Positions 39,193-49,363 of a stretch of DNA of 64,000 nt are shown here, in pieces; the stretch's first letter is position 1; the number at the start of each line of letters is the position of its first letter. Source of the DNA: Gemmatimonadota bacterium (GTDB lineage: Bacteria; Gemmatimonadota; Gemmatimonadetes; Gemmatimonadales; GWC2-71-9); contig JAZDCY010000042.1 of NCBI GenBank assembly GCA_036679645.1, forward strand, positions 116,992 through 180,991, given 5' to 3'. The translations under genes and the position numbers were made by a program. The notes beneath the pieces were generated by a model. That model ran no database searches, had not been told where the DNA came from, and worked only from the letters and a program-made list of their open reading frames with translations.

Positions 39193-39510
39193 CCTAGCGT
39201 TCGATATGGACGTCGCGACATGCGTTCATCGAGTCAGCCACCAGGCGAGTGAGTGCACCAACGCCGTGCAGTCACGGAGCATCGCGTTACAGCGCTTCGC
39301 AAGCCGATCTCGGCATTGAACACCGCATGAGCTTCACGAGGCGTTCGTAGTGAGCGACGACCTCGGTATGGAGCGATCACGTTGCATATCCCTCGGCGCT
39401 CTTGCTAAGTTTAAGAATGCACCCGGCGCAGCCCCGCGTGTTGTGTCAAACCAACCTCCCAACTGGTTACGTTCAGCATTCTCTTCTCTCGGAACATCGC
39501 GCGCCGCGGA

Positions 39511-40275
39511 GTGCCTATGAACTCAGGCGACGGAGAGCACCAGACCAGATCGGGTGAGTCCCCCCCCCTTCCACTCCAGGCCATTGGCGTTAGCAAGTCA
39601 TACGGCGAACTCCGCGCAGTCATCAATCTAGACCTGCGGGTGTGTGCCGGAGATATCTACTGCCTCCTCGGGCCCAACGGGGCCGGCAAGACCACCACCA
39701 TCAATCTTTTTCTCAACTTCACGCGGCCGGACACGGGGACGCTCCGCATAGGGGGCCTAGACGTCACGGTTCACCCGCTCAGAACGAAGGACCGCATTGC
39801 CTATGTCCCCGAGCAGGTGATGCTGTACCGTAGCCTGACGGGCCTCGAGAACTTGAGATATTTCACCGCCCTTTCGGGAAACCCGCGCCTCCGCAAGGAC
39901 GAACTGAGCGGGTTTCTCGAACGCGCGGGGTTGGCCGCCGAGGCCGCTAACCGGCGGGTCGGCACGTATTCCAAAGGCATGCGCCAGAAGGTGGGGATTG
40001 CGATGGCGATGGCCAAGGGCGCCGATGCCCTCCTCTTGGACGAGCCCACGTCAGGTCTGGACCCCAAAGCAAGCAACGAGTTTTCCGCCCTACTCGTCCA
40101 ACTGGCTAACACCGGCGTCGGCATACTGATGGCTACTCACGATCTGTTTCGCGCCAGGGAAACCGGAACCCGGGTCGGGATCATGCGGCATGGGCAGCTC
40201 GTGACCGAGCTGAGCACGCAATCCCTCGGGCATGCCGATCTCGAGCAAATCTATCTGCAGCACATGCACGACTGA
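39511..40275 (+). CDS. ABC transporter ATP-binding protein
   Basis: GPNGAGKTT, YSKGMRQK, LLLDEPTSGLDP, ATHD. Confidence 0.95.
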   Translation: MPMNSGDGEHQTRSGESPPLPLQAIGVSKSYGELRAVINLDLRVCAGDIYCLLGPNGAGKTTTINLFLNFTRPDTGTLRIGGLDVTVHPLRTKDRIAYVPEQVMLYRSLTGLENLRYFTALSGNPRLRKDELSGFLERAGLAAEAANRRVGTYSKGMRQKVGIAMAMAKGADALLLDEPTSGLDPKASNEFSALLVQLANTGVGILMATHDLFRARETGTRVGIMRHGQLVTELSTQSLGHADLEQIYLQHMHD

Positions 40276-41717
40276 TGCCAATCGAATTGGGAGCGATCGT
40301 TCGTATCGCTCGCAAGGAATTGCGTGAGATCGCACGATCCGGGCAACTGCGCTGGGCAGCCGTGATTGTCAGTGTGCTGTTCGCGACTTCTCTCCTCCTT
40401 GGCTGGCGCGGGCAACAACGCATTCGGGCTGAGCGCGATGCTGCGGAACAGGTGGCGCGCGCCCAATGGGATCGTCAACCACCCAAGAATCCCCACACGG
40501 CGGCACACTATGGCATGTATCTCTTCAAGCCGCGGCCCATCTTGTCGTACTTCGACGAGGGAATCACCCGCTGGGCTGGCGTGTCGGTATACCTGGTGGC
40601 ACACATTCAGAAAACCGTCGCCAACGCCGCCGCCGAGGACGCCACGACCGCACTGCGGTTCGGGACTCTCTCGCCAGCAAGCGTTCTCCAACTGTTCGTT
40701 CCGCTACTCGTCATCCTCTTGGCGAGCCCCATGTTTGCCGTGGAGCGGGAGCGGGGCACCCTGAAGCAACTCCTCAGCCTCGGCATACATCCCACGACGC
40801 TCCTCGTGGGCAAAGCTACAGGCGCCGCCGTGGCCCTACTGGCGCTGCTGCTACCGGCGCTCGCCGTCGGTATCGCGATCATGTGGATTGGCGCAGGCAC
40901 TGCGGCGGTGGTGGGGCACGCGCCCCGCCTACTACTCATGGCTGCTACGTACGCTGCATACGCCACCATCTGGCTACTGCTCTCGCTCGCCATTTCTGCG
41001 TGGGCGAAGACGGGTCGTGCGGCACTCGTGTCGCTCATGGGGTTCTGGCTGTTCAGCTCGATAGTTGCGCCCCGTGTGGGCGCGGACGTCGCGAAGCACG
41101 CGTTTCGCCCGCCGGTCGCGGTCGACCTGGAGGCGCAGATTCTCAATGAGATCGGCTCACGGGTTTACGGTCAACGAGGGGCGCAGCGTGTCGCGGTAAT
41201 GGAAGCCCAAGTTCTCGCTCAATACGGTGTGGAACGCGTTGAGGACCTCCCTATCAGCCTGATCGGCGCACAACTCCAGGCGGGCGAGGACACAGCCGCT
41301 GTCATCATCGATGAGCACTACGATCGCCTCTGGGCAACGTTCGAACGGCAGCATGCGACCGTAAGGGTATTGGCGCTCGCGGCACCTTTCATCGCCATTC
41401 GCTCTCTCTCCCAGGGGCTCGCCGGTACGGATGTCGCCCACCACCGACACTTCGCCCAGGCCGCGGAGCAGTACCGCCGCCGGTTTGTGCGCGTGCTCAA
41501 CGACGACATCACGCGAAACGCATCGAACACCGACTATGCCCGGTACCGCGGCGACGTAGATCTCTGGCGCCGTGCGCCCACTTTTTCGTACGCGCCGCCG
41601 CCGCTGCGGGAGGTGCTGCGCAACACTGCGGTCGACGCCATGACCCTTGGGGGATGGCTCGTGGCATCACTACTCGCCGCCGTCCTGGCGGTCCGACGCG
41701 GGTCGCTCGCCGACTGA
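40275..41717 (+). CDS. ABC-2 type permease (DUF3526-like)
   Basis: IARKELRE, KNPHTAAHYG, ERERGTL, large extracytoplasmic loops. Confidence 0.8.
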   Translation: MPIELGAIVRIARKELREIARSGQLRWAAVIVSVLFATSLLLGWRGQQRIRAERDAAEQVARAQWDRQPPKNPHTAAHYGMYLFKPRPILSYFDEGITRWAGVSVYLVAHIQKTVANAAAEDATTALRFGTLSPASVLQLFVPLLVILLASPMFAVERERGTLKQLLSLGIHPTTLLVGKATGAAVALLALLLPALAVGIAIMWIGAGTAAVVGHAPRLLLMAATYAAYATIWLLLSLAISAWAKTGRAALVSLMGFWLFSSIVAPRVGADVAKHAFRPPVAVDLEAQILNEIGSRVYGQRGAQRVAVMEAQVLAQYGVERVEDLPISLIGAQLQAGEDTAAVIIDEHYDRLWATFERQHATVRVLALAAPFIAIRSLSQGLAGTDVAHHRHFAQAAEQYRRRFVRVLNDDITRNASNTDYARYRGDVDLWRRAPTFSYAPPPLREVLRNTAVDAMTLGGWLVASLLAAVLAVRRGSLAD

Positions 41718-41724
41718 TGCCGGC

Positions 41725-43158
41725 ATGACGCTCCGTCTCGCGCAGATTGTCCGACAAGAACTGCTCCGCGTTCGGCGGGAGACAACATCGTGGATCCTGA
41801 TCCTGATGCTCGCCGCGGCGTCGCTGTACGCCGTGCTGAGTGGTGCGATCACCGTGCGGGGGTACATGGGCATGGTTGAGGGAAGCGCCCAGCGTCAGGC
41901 CGCCCGCGTGGCTAACCTGCTGCGTCAAGTGGAGAGTGGCCACGAGTTCGGTTTGTACGATCCCGCCGACCCGGGCGCTGTGGGGTTTACTCTGGCGCCC
42001 CAATGGGTTGCTCTGCCACCCGGGCCATTCGCCGGTCTCGCTACCGGCCTGGCGGATGTGCTTCCAGTATTCCACCGCACGAGCTTGGCCACGCGGCAGG
42101 CGCTTTCAGCAGCCGACGACGAGGAAGAGAACCCCGATCGCCTCGCGCTGGGTCGCTTCGACCTCGCGTTTGTTATCGTCTACCTGTTTCCGCTCGTGCT
42201 CCTGGCGCTCACCTACAATGTTGTCTCGGAGGAACGGGAATCGGGTACGCTGCCACTGCTCCTCACACAGTCGATAACCTTGGGCGAACTCCTAGCGGGA
42301 AAGATGATCGTGCGCGGTGGAGCGGCGATAGTGGTTGTGGTGGCTATCTCTGTATTGGGTGCAGCGCTCGCCTCCGTCCAACTGCGAGCCGGCCACTTCA
42401 CGCCCATGCTGCTCGTCTGGGTCGGAGTGACGATCATCTACGCTGGTTTCTGGCTGTCCCTCGCCGCCGCCGTCAACGTGTACGGACGGCACTCGAGCAC
42501 CAACGCCACGATTCTGATCTCGGCCTGGTTGCTGCTCACGATCGTCGTGCCCACCACGCTCAACGTCCTCGCCGAGCAACTGCATCCCGTTCCCTCGCGC
42601 ATTCTTCTCACCAATGCCATCCGTGATGCTACCGCTACGGCCGAGGCAAGGGGCGCCGACTTGCTGTCATCCTTCTACGGCGACCACCCGGAATTGGTGG
42701 CGCGGGCGTCCGTGCCGGACATGCAATCCTACTTCGCCACCAAGCTTGCTGTGAGGGAAGCCGTGCGCGAGGAGTCACGTCCCATCCGGGAGGCGTTCGA
42801 GGCGCAACTCGCCCGGCAGCGTTCACTGGCTGACCGGTATCGATTCGCCTCCGCCGCACTCCTCATGGATGATGCACTCACGTCTCTCGCGGGGACCGAC
42901 ATCCGAAGACACATCGAATATCTGCGACAAGTAGGGGTCTTCGAAGACACGTGGGAGGAGTTCTTTGCCCCACGTATTGTGAGCCGCAGTGGGATGACCG
43001 CACAAACGTACGACAGTCTTCCCCATTTCGTCTTTGACGAGCCTTCGCTGGGCATCGCAGCGGCACGTGCCGGTAGCAACGCACTTGGAATGCTGCTGCC
43101 AATCGTCTTTCTCGCCGCCGCCACCGTACTCAGGTTGCGCCATTATTCGCCGGGCTAG
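41725..43158 (+). CDS. ABC-2 type permease (DUF3526-like), second subunit
   Basis: ENPDRLALGRFDLAFVIVYLFPL, EERESGTL, LAGTD. Confidence 0.8.
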   Translation: MTLRLAQIVRQELLRVRRETTSWILILMLAAASLYAVLSGAITVRGYMGMVEGSAQRQAARVANLLRQVESGHEFGLYDPADPGAVGFTLAPQWVALPPGPFAGLATGLADVLPVFHRTSLATRQALSAADDEEENPDRLALGRFDLAFVIVYLFPLVLLALTYNVVSEERESGTLPLLLTQSITLGELLAGKMIVRGGAAIVVVVAISVLGAALASVQLRAGHFTPMLLVWVGVTIIYAGFWLSLAAAVNVYGRHSSTNATILISAWLLLTIVVPTTLNVLAEQLHPVPSRILLTNAIRDATATAEARGADLLSSFYGDHPELVARASVPDMQSYFATKLAVREAVREESRPIREAFEAQLARQRSLADRYRFASAALLMDDALTSLAGTDIRRHIEYLRQVGVFEDTWEEFFAPRIVSRSGMTAQTYDSLPHFVFDEPSLGIAAARAGSNALGMLLPIVFLAAATVLRLRHYSPG

Positions 43159-43171
43159 CCAAGTTTGCACC

Positions 43172-44062
43172 TCAAGTGGAAGGCAACCTCATCCACTCAG
43201 CCGGAATGAGGTCCGACGTGTCGAACGTCTCGTCATGCACCCACATCTCCGGCGCGACCACGATCTTGTCCTCGTTCGCGTTCAGCCACGCCCCCCACCA
43301 CGAGAACGTGCTGTTCGCGATCACCTGGTGTCTGCACAAGGACATGAGTCGGAGGTCCTCGAAGTCCTTCGCAAACCCGTTGTGGTCCACGAAGTGCTGT
43401 GCCCTGCCCATCTGCGGCACGTGCTCACGTGACCACGCGATGTCATCGGCGAACACGAAGAACACGGCATCCGACCCGATCCTACCAACGAGACGACGCA
43501 TGGCCTCCTCGTAGTACTCGATAGAACACCCGCCATGACGTTTTACACCCTGCTCGTGAAGCTGTCCGCCCTCCGAGACGCCATGAAGGCGGCGGACGTG
43601 AACGGCGACGGAATTGGTCGACGAGATCACCCCGGCAAGCTCTCGGTTCCTGCCTTCGAGCGCGTATCTCACGCCCAGTTCTCGCCGGACGTCGTCACCG
43701 ACGTCAATGAAGTACTTCTCAGACTGCCAGAAGCCAATCAGATACTTGTCGCCTTTGAGACGCGGGGCCAGCCATACCGGATCGAACCGAGGGTCTTTTT
43801 CCGTCACCAACGTTCTGCGTAGCCGGCGCCATACGGCATCGGCGCGATGTCGCGGGACGAGGCGTCTCAGCTCCTCAGCCGAAGCGACCGGAAGGCGGAT
43901 CTTGAAATGCTGAAGCGAGTAGCGCCGCTCGTAGAAATCCGACCGGAACGAGGACACCGCATCCAGCTTTACCTCGTAGCCCGTTCTCAAATTCAGACTT
44001 CTTGCAAAAGCGTACTGAAAAAGCTGGTTACCCAAGCCACCTCGAATCCTGACGATCAGCAT
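43172..44062 (-). CDS. GT11 alpha-1,2-fucosyltransferase-like
   Basis: GGLGNQLFQYA, GFWQSEKYF, VAVHVRR, DLRLMSLCRHQVIANSTFSWWGAWL. Confidence 0.92.
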   Translation of the reverse strand: MLIVRIRGGLGNQLFQYAFARSLNLRTGYEVKLDAVSSFRSDFYERRYSLQHFKIRLPVASAEELRRLVPRHRADAVWRRLRRTLVTEKDPRFDPVWLAPRLKGDKYLIGFWQSEKYFIDVGDDVRRELGVRYALEGRNRELAGVISSTNSVAVHVRRLHGVSEGGQLHEQGVKRHGGCSIEYYEEAMRRLVGRIGSDAVFFVFADDIAWSREHVPQMGRAQHFVDHNGFAKDFEDLRLMSLCRHQVIANSTFSWWGAWLNANEDKIVVAPEMWVHDETFDTSDLIPAEWMRLPST

Positions 44063-44206
44063 TCCGCCCTCGGTTGCATATGAAGCGTCCGTCTCGCGAT
44101 ATGTCCATGGCAGTGGGGGACTACCCGACGCTGACCGGACTCGCGACGGCCCCGTTTAGGTAAGAGCTTTACTCACAAGGCATTCAGTGCAATTTGTTGC
44201 GGCCAC

Positions 44207-44220
44207 GCAACACTTGTTCC
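44207..44220 (-). promoter_or_regulatory. Candidate sigma54 promoter
   Basis: Minus strand GGAACAAGTGTTGC upstream of GT11. Confidence 0.5.
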
Positions 44221-44334
44221 TTTTACGCAAGGCCCCTATGCCAACAGGAGCGCGTTGTGGGCTGTCCGCATACCGGAGGCTCGTTCCCGGCGGACTCACC
44301 TTCTCGTTAGGTTTGGTTCGTGCGAACAGGCAAT

Positions 44335-44763
44335 ATGCCACCAGAGATGCGGGTGTCACGTTCCGTGCTCGAGACGGAGGCTCGCGCTCTTGCGCATTAC
44401 CTCGCGGACGTCTCACTTCCCGAGGCCGTCGTGAACCGGTACGTCCTAGCCCACGACGTGCTCCCACTCGCACCCACATCGGAGCGCGATGCGAGGGTGC
44501 TGTCGATCACGCGTCGCTTTTCCTGGACACTTCCGTATCTCGACGCTGCGGAGGCCGCGCTCCGGCGCGACTCCGCTCTCAGGCGGAAGCTGCTACTCGT
44601 AGCAGCTCTCGTCGAGACCTGGCCACCGGCAGCGGATCGGTTTCTTCCGTCGCACCGCTCCATTCTCCGCGCGACCACCACGCTCGGGCGAGTCTGCGTG
44701 ACCGTCTTGAGCAAGACGGCCCTGGGTCTCATTCTGTACGCGACCGCGGTTCGCCGTGTTTGA
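44335..44763 (+). CDS. Hypothetical helical protein with C-terminal hydrophobic segment
   Basis: Protein-like composition (LPYLDAA...LRRKLLLVAALVET); first gene of the plus-strand redox cluster; start uncertain. Confidence 0.6.
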   Translation: MPPEMRVSRSVLETEARALAHYLADVSLPEAVVNRYVLAHDVLPLAPTSERDARVLSITRRFSWTLPYLDAAEAALRRDSALRRKLLLVAALVETWPPAADRFLPSHRSILRATTTLGRVCVTVLSKTALGLILYATAVRRV

Positions 44764-44979
44764 GGCAAATGAGCTTCCCACCCCACCCTGTTCGCGCATG
44801 GCGTCCTCCGCCGGAGGCGGCACGAACCCTTCGCCCGCCGACTCCTTCGCTCTCTTACGAGTTGGCACCAATAGTCCCGATACTAAAGCACCTTTGTGCG
44901 TGGACACCGTTCAAATCCCCCAGCGCACTGCGTACGGCTCGCCTGTTCATGCGTGCGCGGACTAGACCCTGCCCGCCCC

Positions 44980-46647
44980 GTGACTCAAACACCACCAAGC
45001 GAAGTTAGCCAGACAGTTGATGTGCTGGTCGTCGGTTCCGGCGCAAGCGGCGCTAACGCTGCGGCGGCGCTGGTAGAAGCCGGACTACGGATCACCATGC
45101 TCGATGTCGGAAATACGGACCGGCAATACGCCCCACTCATTCCACCTGATTCCTTCTCGCAAGTTCGCCGAACGGATGAAGACCAGCATCGCTACTTCCT
45201 CGGCGATGCCTTTGAGGGTGTACCATTCGGACCCGTGCGCGTAGGGGCGCAACTGACGCCGCCACACCGCTATGTCACAGCGGACGTCGAAGACCTGCTT
45301 CCAGTTCAGGCTCCCACATTCAGTGCAACTCAGAGCCTCGCGCTTGGGGGACTCGCGTCCGCATGGGGTGCAGGTGTTTTTCCGTTCTCTGAAGACGACC
45401 TCGCGGGAACGCCGCTCCGCCGCGAAGACCTCATTCCGCACATGGAGCGTGTGGCCGATCGGATTGGGGTGAGTGGCACTCATGATGATCTGGCACGGTT
45501 CTACGGTGAGTGCAAGGCAATGCTCCCACCGCTGGAAATCGATGCGAACGCCGACGTCATGCTGCGGGCGTACGAACGCCGGCGATCGTCGCTCCATGCG
45601 CGCGGCTTTTACCTGGGACGACAGCGAATTGCGGCGTGTTCGTCGCGCCACCGCGGCCGAGGGCCGCACGCGCATGGCGACATGGATTTCTGGAGCGACG
45701 TGAACCGCGCGGTGTATCGACCGCGCTGGACGGTTGAAGAACTACAACAGCATCCGAAATTCCGGTACGTCGCCGGGCAACTGGTAACGCTGTTCCGGGA
45801 AACCGCCGGCGAGGTCGAGGTCATTGCGCGCCGTGTGCCGGGCGGCGAGCGTGAACGCCACCGCGCGCGTGCTCTCGTTCTCGCGGCCGGCGCGCTGGGC
45901 TCGGCACGGATCGCCCTGCGCTCGCTCGACAAGTACGACATCCAGGTTCCCATAGTCAGTAACCCCTACACTTACGTTCCCGTCATCAACACCCGCGCGG
46001 TTGGGCGCCCGCAACGCGATCGGCGGTATTCGCTTGGTCAGCTGGCGGCCTTCCTCGTCCCCCTGAGCGGTGATACATCACGTGCCTCGCTGGCCTCGGT
46101 CTACTCGTACCGCTCCCTTCTGTCGTTCAAGCTCCTGAAGGAAATCGCCCTCCCCTACCGCGAAGGGTTACAGCTGCTCAGCGTCGTCGTACCCTGGCTG
46201 AACATCCTCGGAATTCATCATCCCGACTACCCATCGCCCCAGAAATACTGTGTGTTGCGCAAGGGCGGTCCGGGTGAGCAAGATTGCCTCGACATCGTCT
46301 ACTCCATCTCGGACGAAGAACACCGTGGCCACGCCAGGGCCGAGAAGAGGCTGCTGGCGTGTTTTCGCCGGCTCGGGTGCATCGCGTTGCGCCGCATCCG
46401 ACCGGGACACGGCTCATCCATTCACTACGCCGGCACGCTGCCGATGGCGAGCGAACGCAGACCGCTCACGACGGCGCCCAACGGAAGGCTCGCCGGAACG
46501 GAGCGGGTCTTCGTGGCCGACGGGGCGGTTTTCCCCCACCTGCCGGCAAAGGGACTCACCTTCACGATGATGGCCAATGCCGACCGCGTCGGGCACGGCC
46601 TGGCACGCACACTCGCGCCGCGGACGGATTCCCCCATTCCGGACTGA
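44980..46647 (+). CDS. GMC-family FAD oxidoreductase
   Basis: DVLVVGSGASG, ALGGLASAWG, LVLAAGALGS, IHYAGT, VADGAVFP, TFTMMANADR. Confidence 0.88.
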   Translation: MTQTPPSEVSQTVDVLVVGSGASGANAAAALVEAGLRITMLDVGNTDRQYAPLIPPDSFSQVRRTDEDQHRYFLGDAFEGVPFGPVRVGAQLTPPHRYVTADVEDLLPVQAPTFSATQSLALGGLASAWGAGVFPFSEDDLAGTPLRREDLIPHMERVADRIGVSGTHDDLARFYGECKAMLPPLEIDANADVMLRAYERRRSSLHARGFYLGRQRIAACSSRHRGRGPHAHGDMDFWSDVNRAVYRPRWTVEELQQHPKFRYVAGQLVTLFRETAGEVEVIARRVPGGERERHRARALVLAAGALGSARIALRSLDKYDIQVPIVSNPYTYVPVINTRAVGRPQRDRRYSLGQLAAFLVPLSGDTSRASLASVYSYRSLLSFKLLKEIALPYREGLQLLSVVVPWLNILGIHHPDYPSPQKYCVLRKGGPGEQDCLDIVYSISDEEHRGHARAEKRLLACFRRLGCIALRRIRPGHGSSIHYAGTLPMASERRPLTTAPNGRLAGTERVFVADGAVFPHLPAKGLTFTMMANADRVGHGLARTLAPRTDSPIPD

Positions 46648-46799
46648 AGGCCGGCTCACGTGGGTGACACTGCCTTCGCCGGATCGGAATGGACGTCGCA
46701 CATCGGCGGAGCGCCACACATGGCATAGTTCTTGACCCCTTACGATTTATCCCCCGATATCAACCGCGCGGCAGTGGTGCGAGCATTCCGTGAGGACAC

Positions 46800-47672
46800 G
46801 TGATTCAACCTCCGAGAGATACTGGCAGGCACGCGGATACCTCGGCGACTGCTGAGGCGAACCGGACCCAGACGCAGCACGACCGGATCGAACAGTACTT
46901 CGACGCGAACGCAGAGACATGGCGGGACACGTATGCGGCACCGCGCCGGGTGGCCGACCACGTCCTGCAGTACCGAAAGCAGATCGCGGTCGACGCGGTT
47001 TGCCGGCACGCGACGCCGGGGAGCCTTGTACTGGACGCCGGGTGCGGCGCGGGTCTCACCGCGCTGGACCTCGTCCGCCGACAGTTCAGGGTGGTGGGTA
47101 TCGACATAGCACCTCGCATGATCGCCCTGAGCAAGGAGCTCTTTAGCGGAGAGGAAGTCCCCCAAGACTCCTTCGACTTCATCGAGGCGGAACTGGAAGC
47201 GGCATCCCTTCCCAGCTGCGCATTCGGAGCCATCGTGGCGCTTGGATTCCTGCAGTACCAGGACGCCGAAGAGCCGGTATTGCTGCGACTTCGCGACCTA
47301 CTTGAACCCGGCGGGCTCCTGGTCGTCTCAGGGCCCACAGAGGTCAAGGTCGCGAACTATTTTGGGCTTCCCTTGTACGCACGCCGAGCGCTCACCGCCC
47401 TCGGCGTTCTCGCGCCCAAGATTTACCCGGGGCGCGTCGGGCGACACAAGTACAGCGTCTCTCGGTTTCGGCACCTGCTGGGCGACGCGGGGTTTGACGT
47501 GTTGGAATGGACCGGGCACGGCTTCGCCGAGTTCGACTACGTGGGACGTCTCATGCCCTTTCCCGTCGAGCTGGCCGTCCACCGCGCGCTCATGCAGGTG
47601 GCGCGCGTTACGCCGTTGGGCCGATGGGGAAACGATCTCGTCTTCGTCGCGCGCCGACCTTCCGGCGAGTGA
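46800..47672 (+). CDS. Class I SAM methyltransferase
   Basis: VLDAGCGAG, GIDIAPRM, ALGFLQY, LEPGG. Confidence 0.88.
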   Translation: MIQPPRDTGRHADTSATAEANRTQTQHDRIEQYFDANAETWRDTYAAPRRVADHVLQYRKQIAVDAVCRHATPGSLVLDAGCGAGLTALDLVRRQFRVVGIDIAPRMIALSKELFSGEEVPQDSFDFIEAELEAASLPSCAFGAIVALGFLQYQDAEEPVLLRLRDLLEPGGLLVVSGPTEVKVANYFGLPLYARRALTALGVLAPKIYPGRVGRHKYSVSRFRHLLGDAGFDVLEWTGHGFAEFDYVGRLMPFPVELAVHRALMQVARVTPLGRWGNDLVFVARRPSGE

Positions 47673-49363
47673 CAAGAAGGGGAAACTTCCAGCCTACTCA
47701 GGACGGATCGCCCGAGTCTCCGATCCCGTCACCCGACACGATTCGTGTCGGCGTCATTAGGCCGGAGCGGGGCATCCGGACTTGGCACGCGCGCTGTCTG
47801 CGCGAACTCTCCCAGGAGGCGATGGTCGAGTTCGTCCTCACCATCGATGACCCTCGAGCAAGCCCATGCGCCGGGTTCGGCGCCTCAGCCATCCTCCGCC
47901 GGCTCGCCGGGGCAGACGTCGCGCCGGCTCCCGACGAGCACGTGTTGCTCGGCACAGTGCCCCGCCACCGAGGCGTCGCCGGATCGGATGGGTCTCTCGT
48001 TGTCACACCCGAGACAGCATCCATCCTCGCGACCAGCCGGATCGACGTCTACGTCTCGTTGGGCGTCGTGGGAGTCAGCGACGGCATCGCAAGGACGGCA
48101 CGTCACGGATTGCTCGTGTTCCGGCACGACCTCGCGGAAGCGTCTCGAGGAACGCCACCCGGGTTTTGGGAAGTTCTGAGCGGGCTACCGCTCACGCGCG
48201 TCGCGTTGCTACGGCAGGCACCGGCTGGCACCACCGTCATAAGGAGCGGCCTCCTGCGCACCGAGCGTCACTCACTCCGCCGCAACAGCGTCCGAATCTA
48301 CCGCGCCCTGATGGGTTGGCTTCCCCAAGCGTGCCGGGAGATGAGTAGAGCGGACGACCTGCCACCTACCTCGGAGGCCGCAGCAAGTGGATCTGGTCCG
48401 CCCACCATGGCGCATGTCGCACTGCTCCTTCTTCGAGTGTTCGCACGGCGTGCTCGTCTGGCCTGGCAACGCTTCTTCCGTCACGCGCAGTGGAACATTG
48501 GTGTCATCGAGGCGCCGATCAGCGACTGTTTGGATTGGCATACTCTTCCCCCAATTCACTGGCGTCGAGCAACCCGAGACACGTTTTTCGCCGATCCATT
48601 TGCCCTCGTTGAACGTGATCGCGTAACGATCCTTTGCGAAGCGTATCCGTACGGTACGGGCCGCGGGCACATCGTACGCTTTGAACTGGGGGACGGACTG
48701 GACCGCTGCGAGACAGAGACGGTGCTGCGCAAAGATCACCATTTGTCTTACCCCTACACGATCCAGACGAAAGCGGCTGTCTACTGCGTGCCTGAATCAT
48801 TTCGCCTACGCGAGATTGCCTTGTATCGTGCGAGCCCGACGCTGCAACAGTGGACCAAGATCGCGGTGCTCGTGGACGGCTTCGCCGGTACCGATCCGAC
48901 CGTCTTCCAGCACGGTGGTCGATGGTGGCTCATGTCCACAGACGCCGACCGGGGGGCAGACAGTCATCTCTGTGTATGGCATGCCGATGCCCTCGAGGGG
49001 CCGTGGATACCGCACGAGAGAAACCCCGTGAAGGTCGACGTGCGCTCCGCACGACCGGGCGGTACGCCATTCGCGCATCACGGCGAGTTTTATCGGCCGG
49101 CGCAGGACTGCTCGGAGCGGTATGGCGGGCGGATCGTCATCAACCGTGTGCTTACCTTGACCCCATCCGACTTCGCGGAAGAAATCGTCGCGGCACTCGA
49201 CCCCAACGACGCGCGTTTCCCGCATGGCTTTCACACGATCTCCGCGGCAGGCGCCGTCACGTTGGTCGACGGCCTGCGTTACATATTCAGCCCGGCGGCG
49301 GCGTGGAGGTTCCTGGGCATCTGGATGCGAAACACGTTCCGTCCGTCAACCGGTTTCGAATGA
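47669..49363 (+). CDS. Degenerate formyltransferase-like N-domain plus five-bladed propeller (GINT1-like, GH32/GH43 fold)
   Basis: PPGFWEV; then WNIG, FFADPF, HHLSYPY, TDPTVF, W.PH..NPV, ARPGG, RPAQDCSERYG. Confidence 0.7.
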   Translation: MTRRGNFQPTQDGSPESPIPSPDTIRVGVIRPERGIRTWHARCLRELSQEAMVEFVLTIDDPRASPCAGFGASAILRRLAGADVAPAPDEHVLLGTVPRHRGVAGSDGSLVVTPETASILATSRIDVYVSLGVVGVSDGIARTARHGLLVFRHDLAEASRGTPPGFWEVLSGLPLTRVALLRQAPAGTTVIRSGLLRTERHSLRRNSVRIYRALMGWLPQACREMSRADDLPPTSEAAASGSGPPTMAHVALLLLRVFARRARLAWQRFFRHAQWNIGVIEAPISDCLDWHTLPPIHWRRATRDTFFADPFALVERDRVTILCEAYPYGTGRGHIVRFELGDGLDRCETETVLRKDHHLSYPYTIQTKAAVYCVPESFRLREIALYRASPTLQQWTKIAVLVDGFAGTDPTVFQHGGRWWLMSTDADRGADSHLCVWHADALEGPWIPHERNPVKVDVRSARPGGTPFAHHGEFYRPAQDCSERYGGRIVINRVLTLTPSDFAEEIVAALDPNDARFPHGFHTISAAGAVTLVDGLRYIFSPAAAWRFLGIWMRNTFRPSTGFE

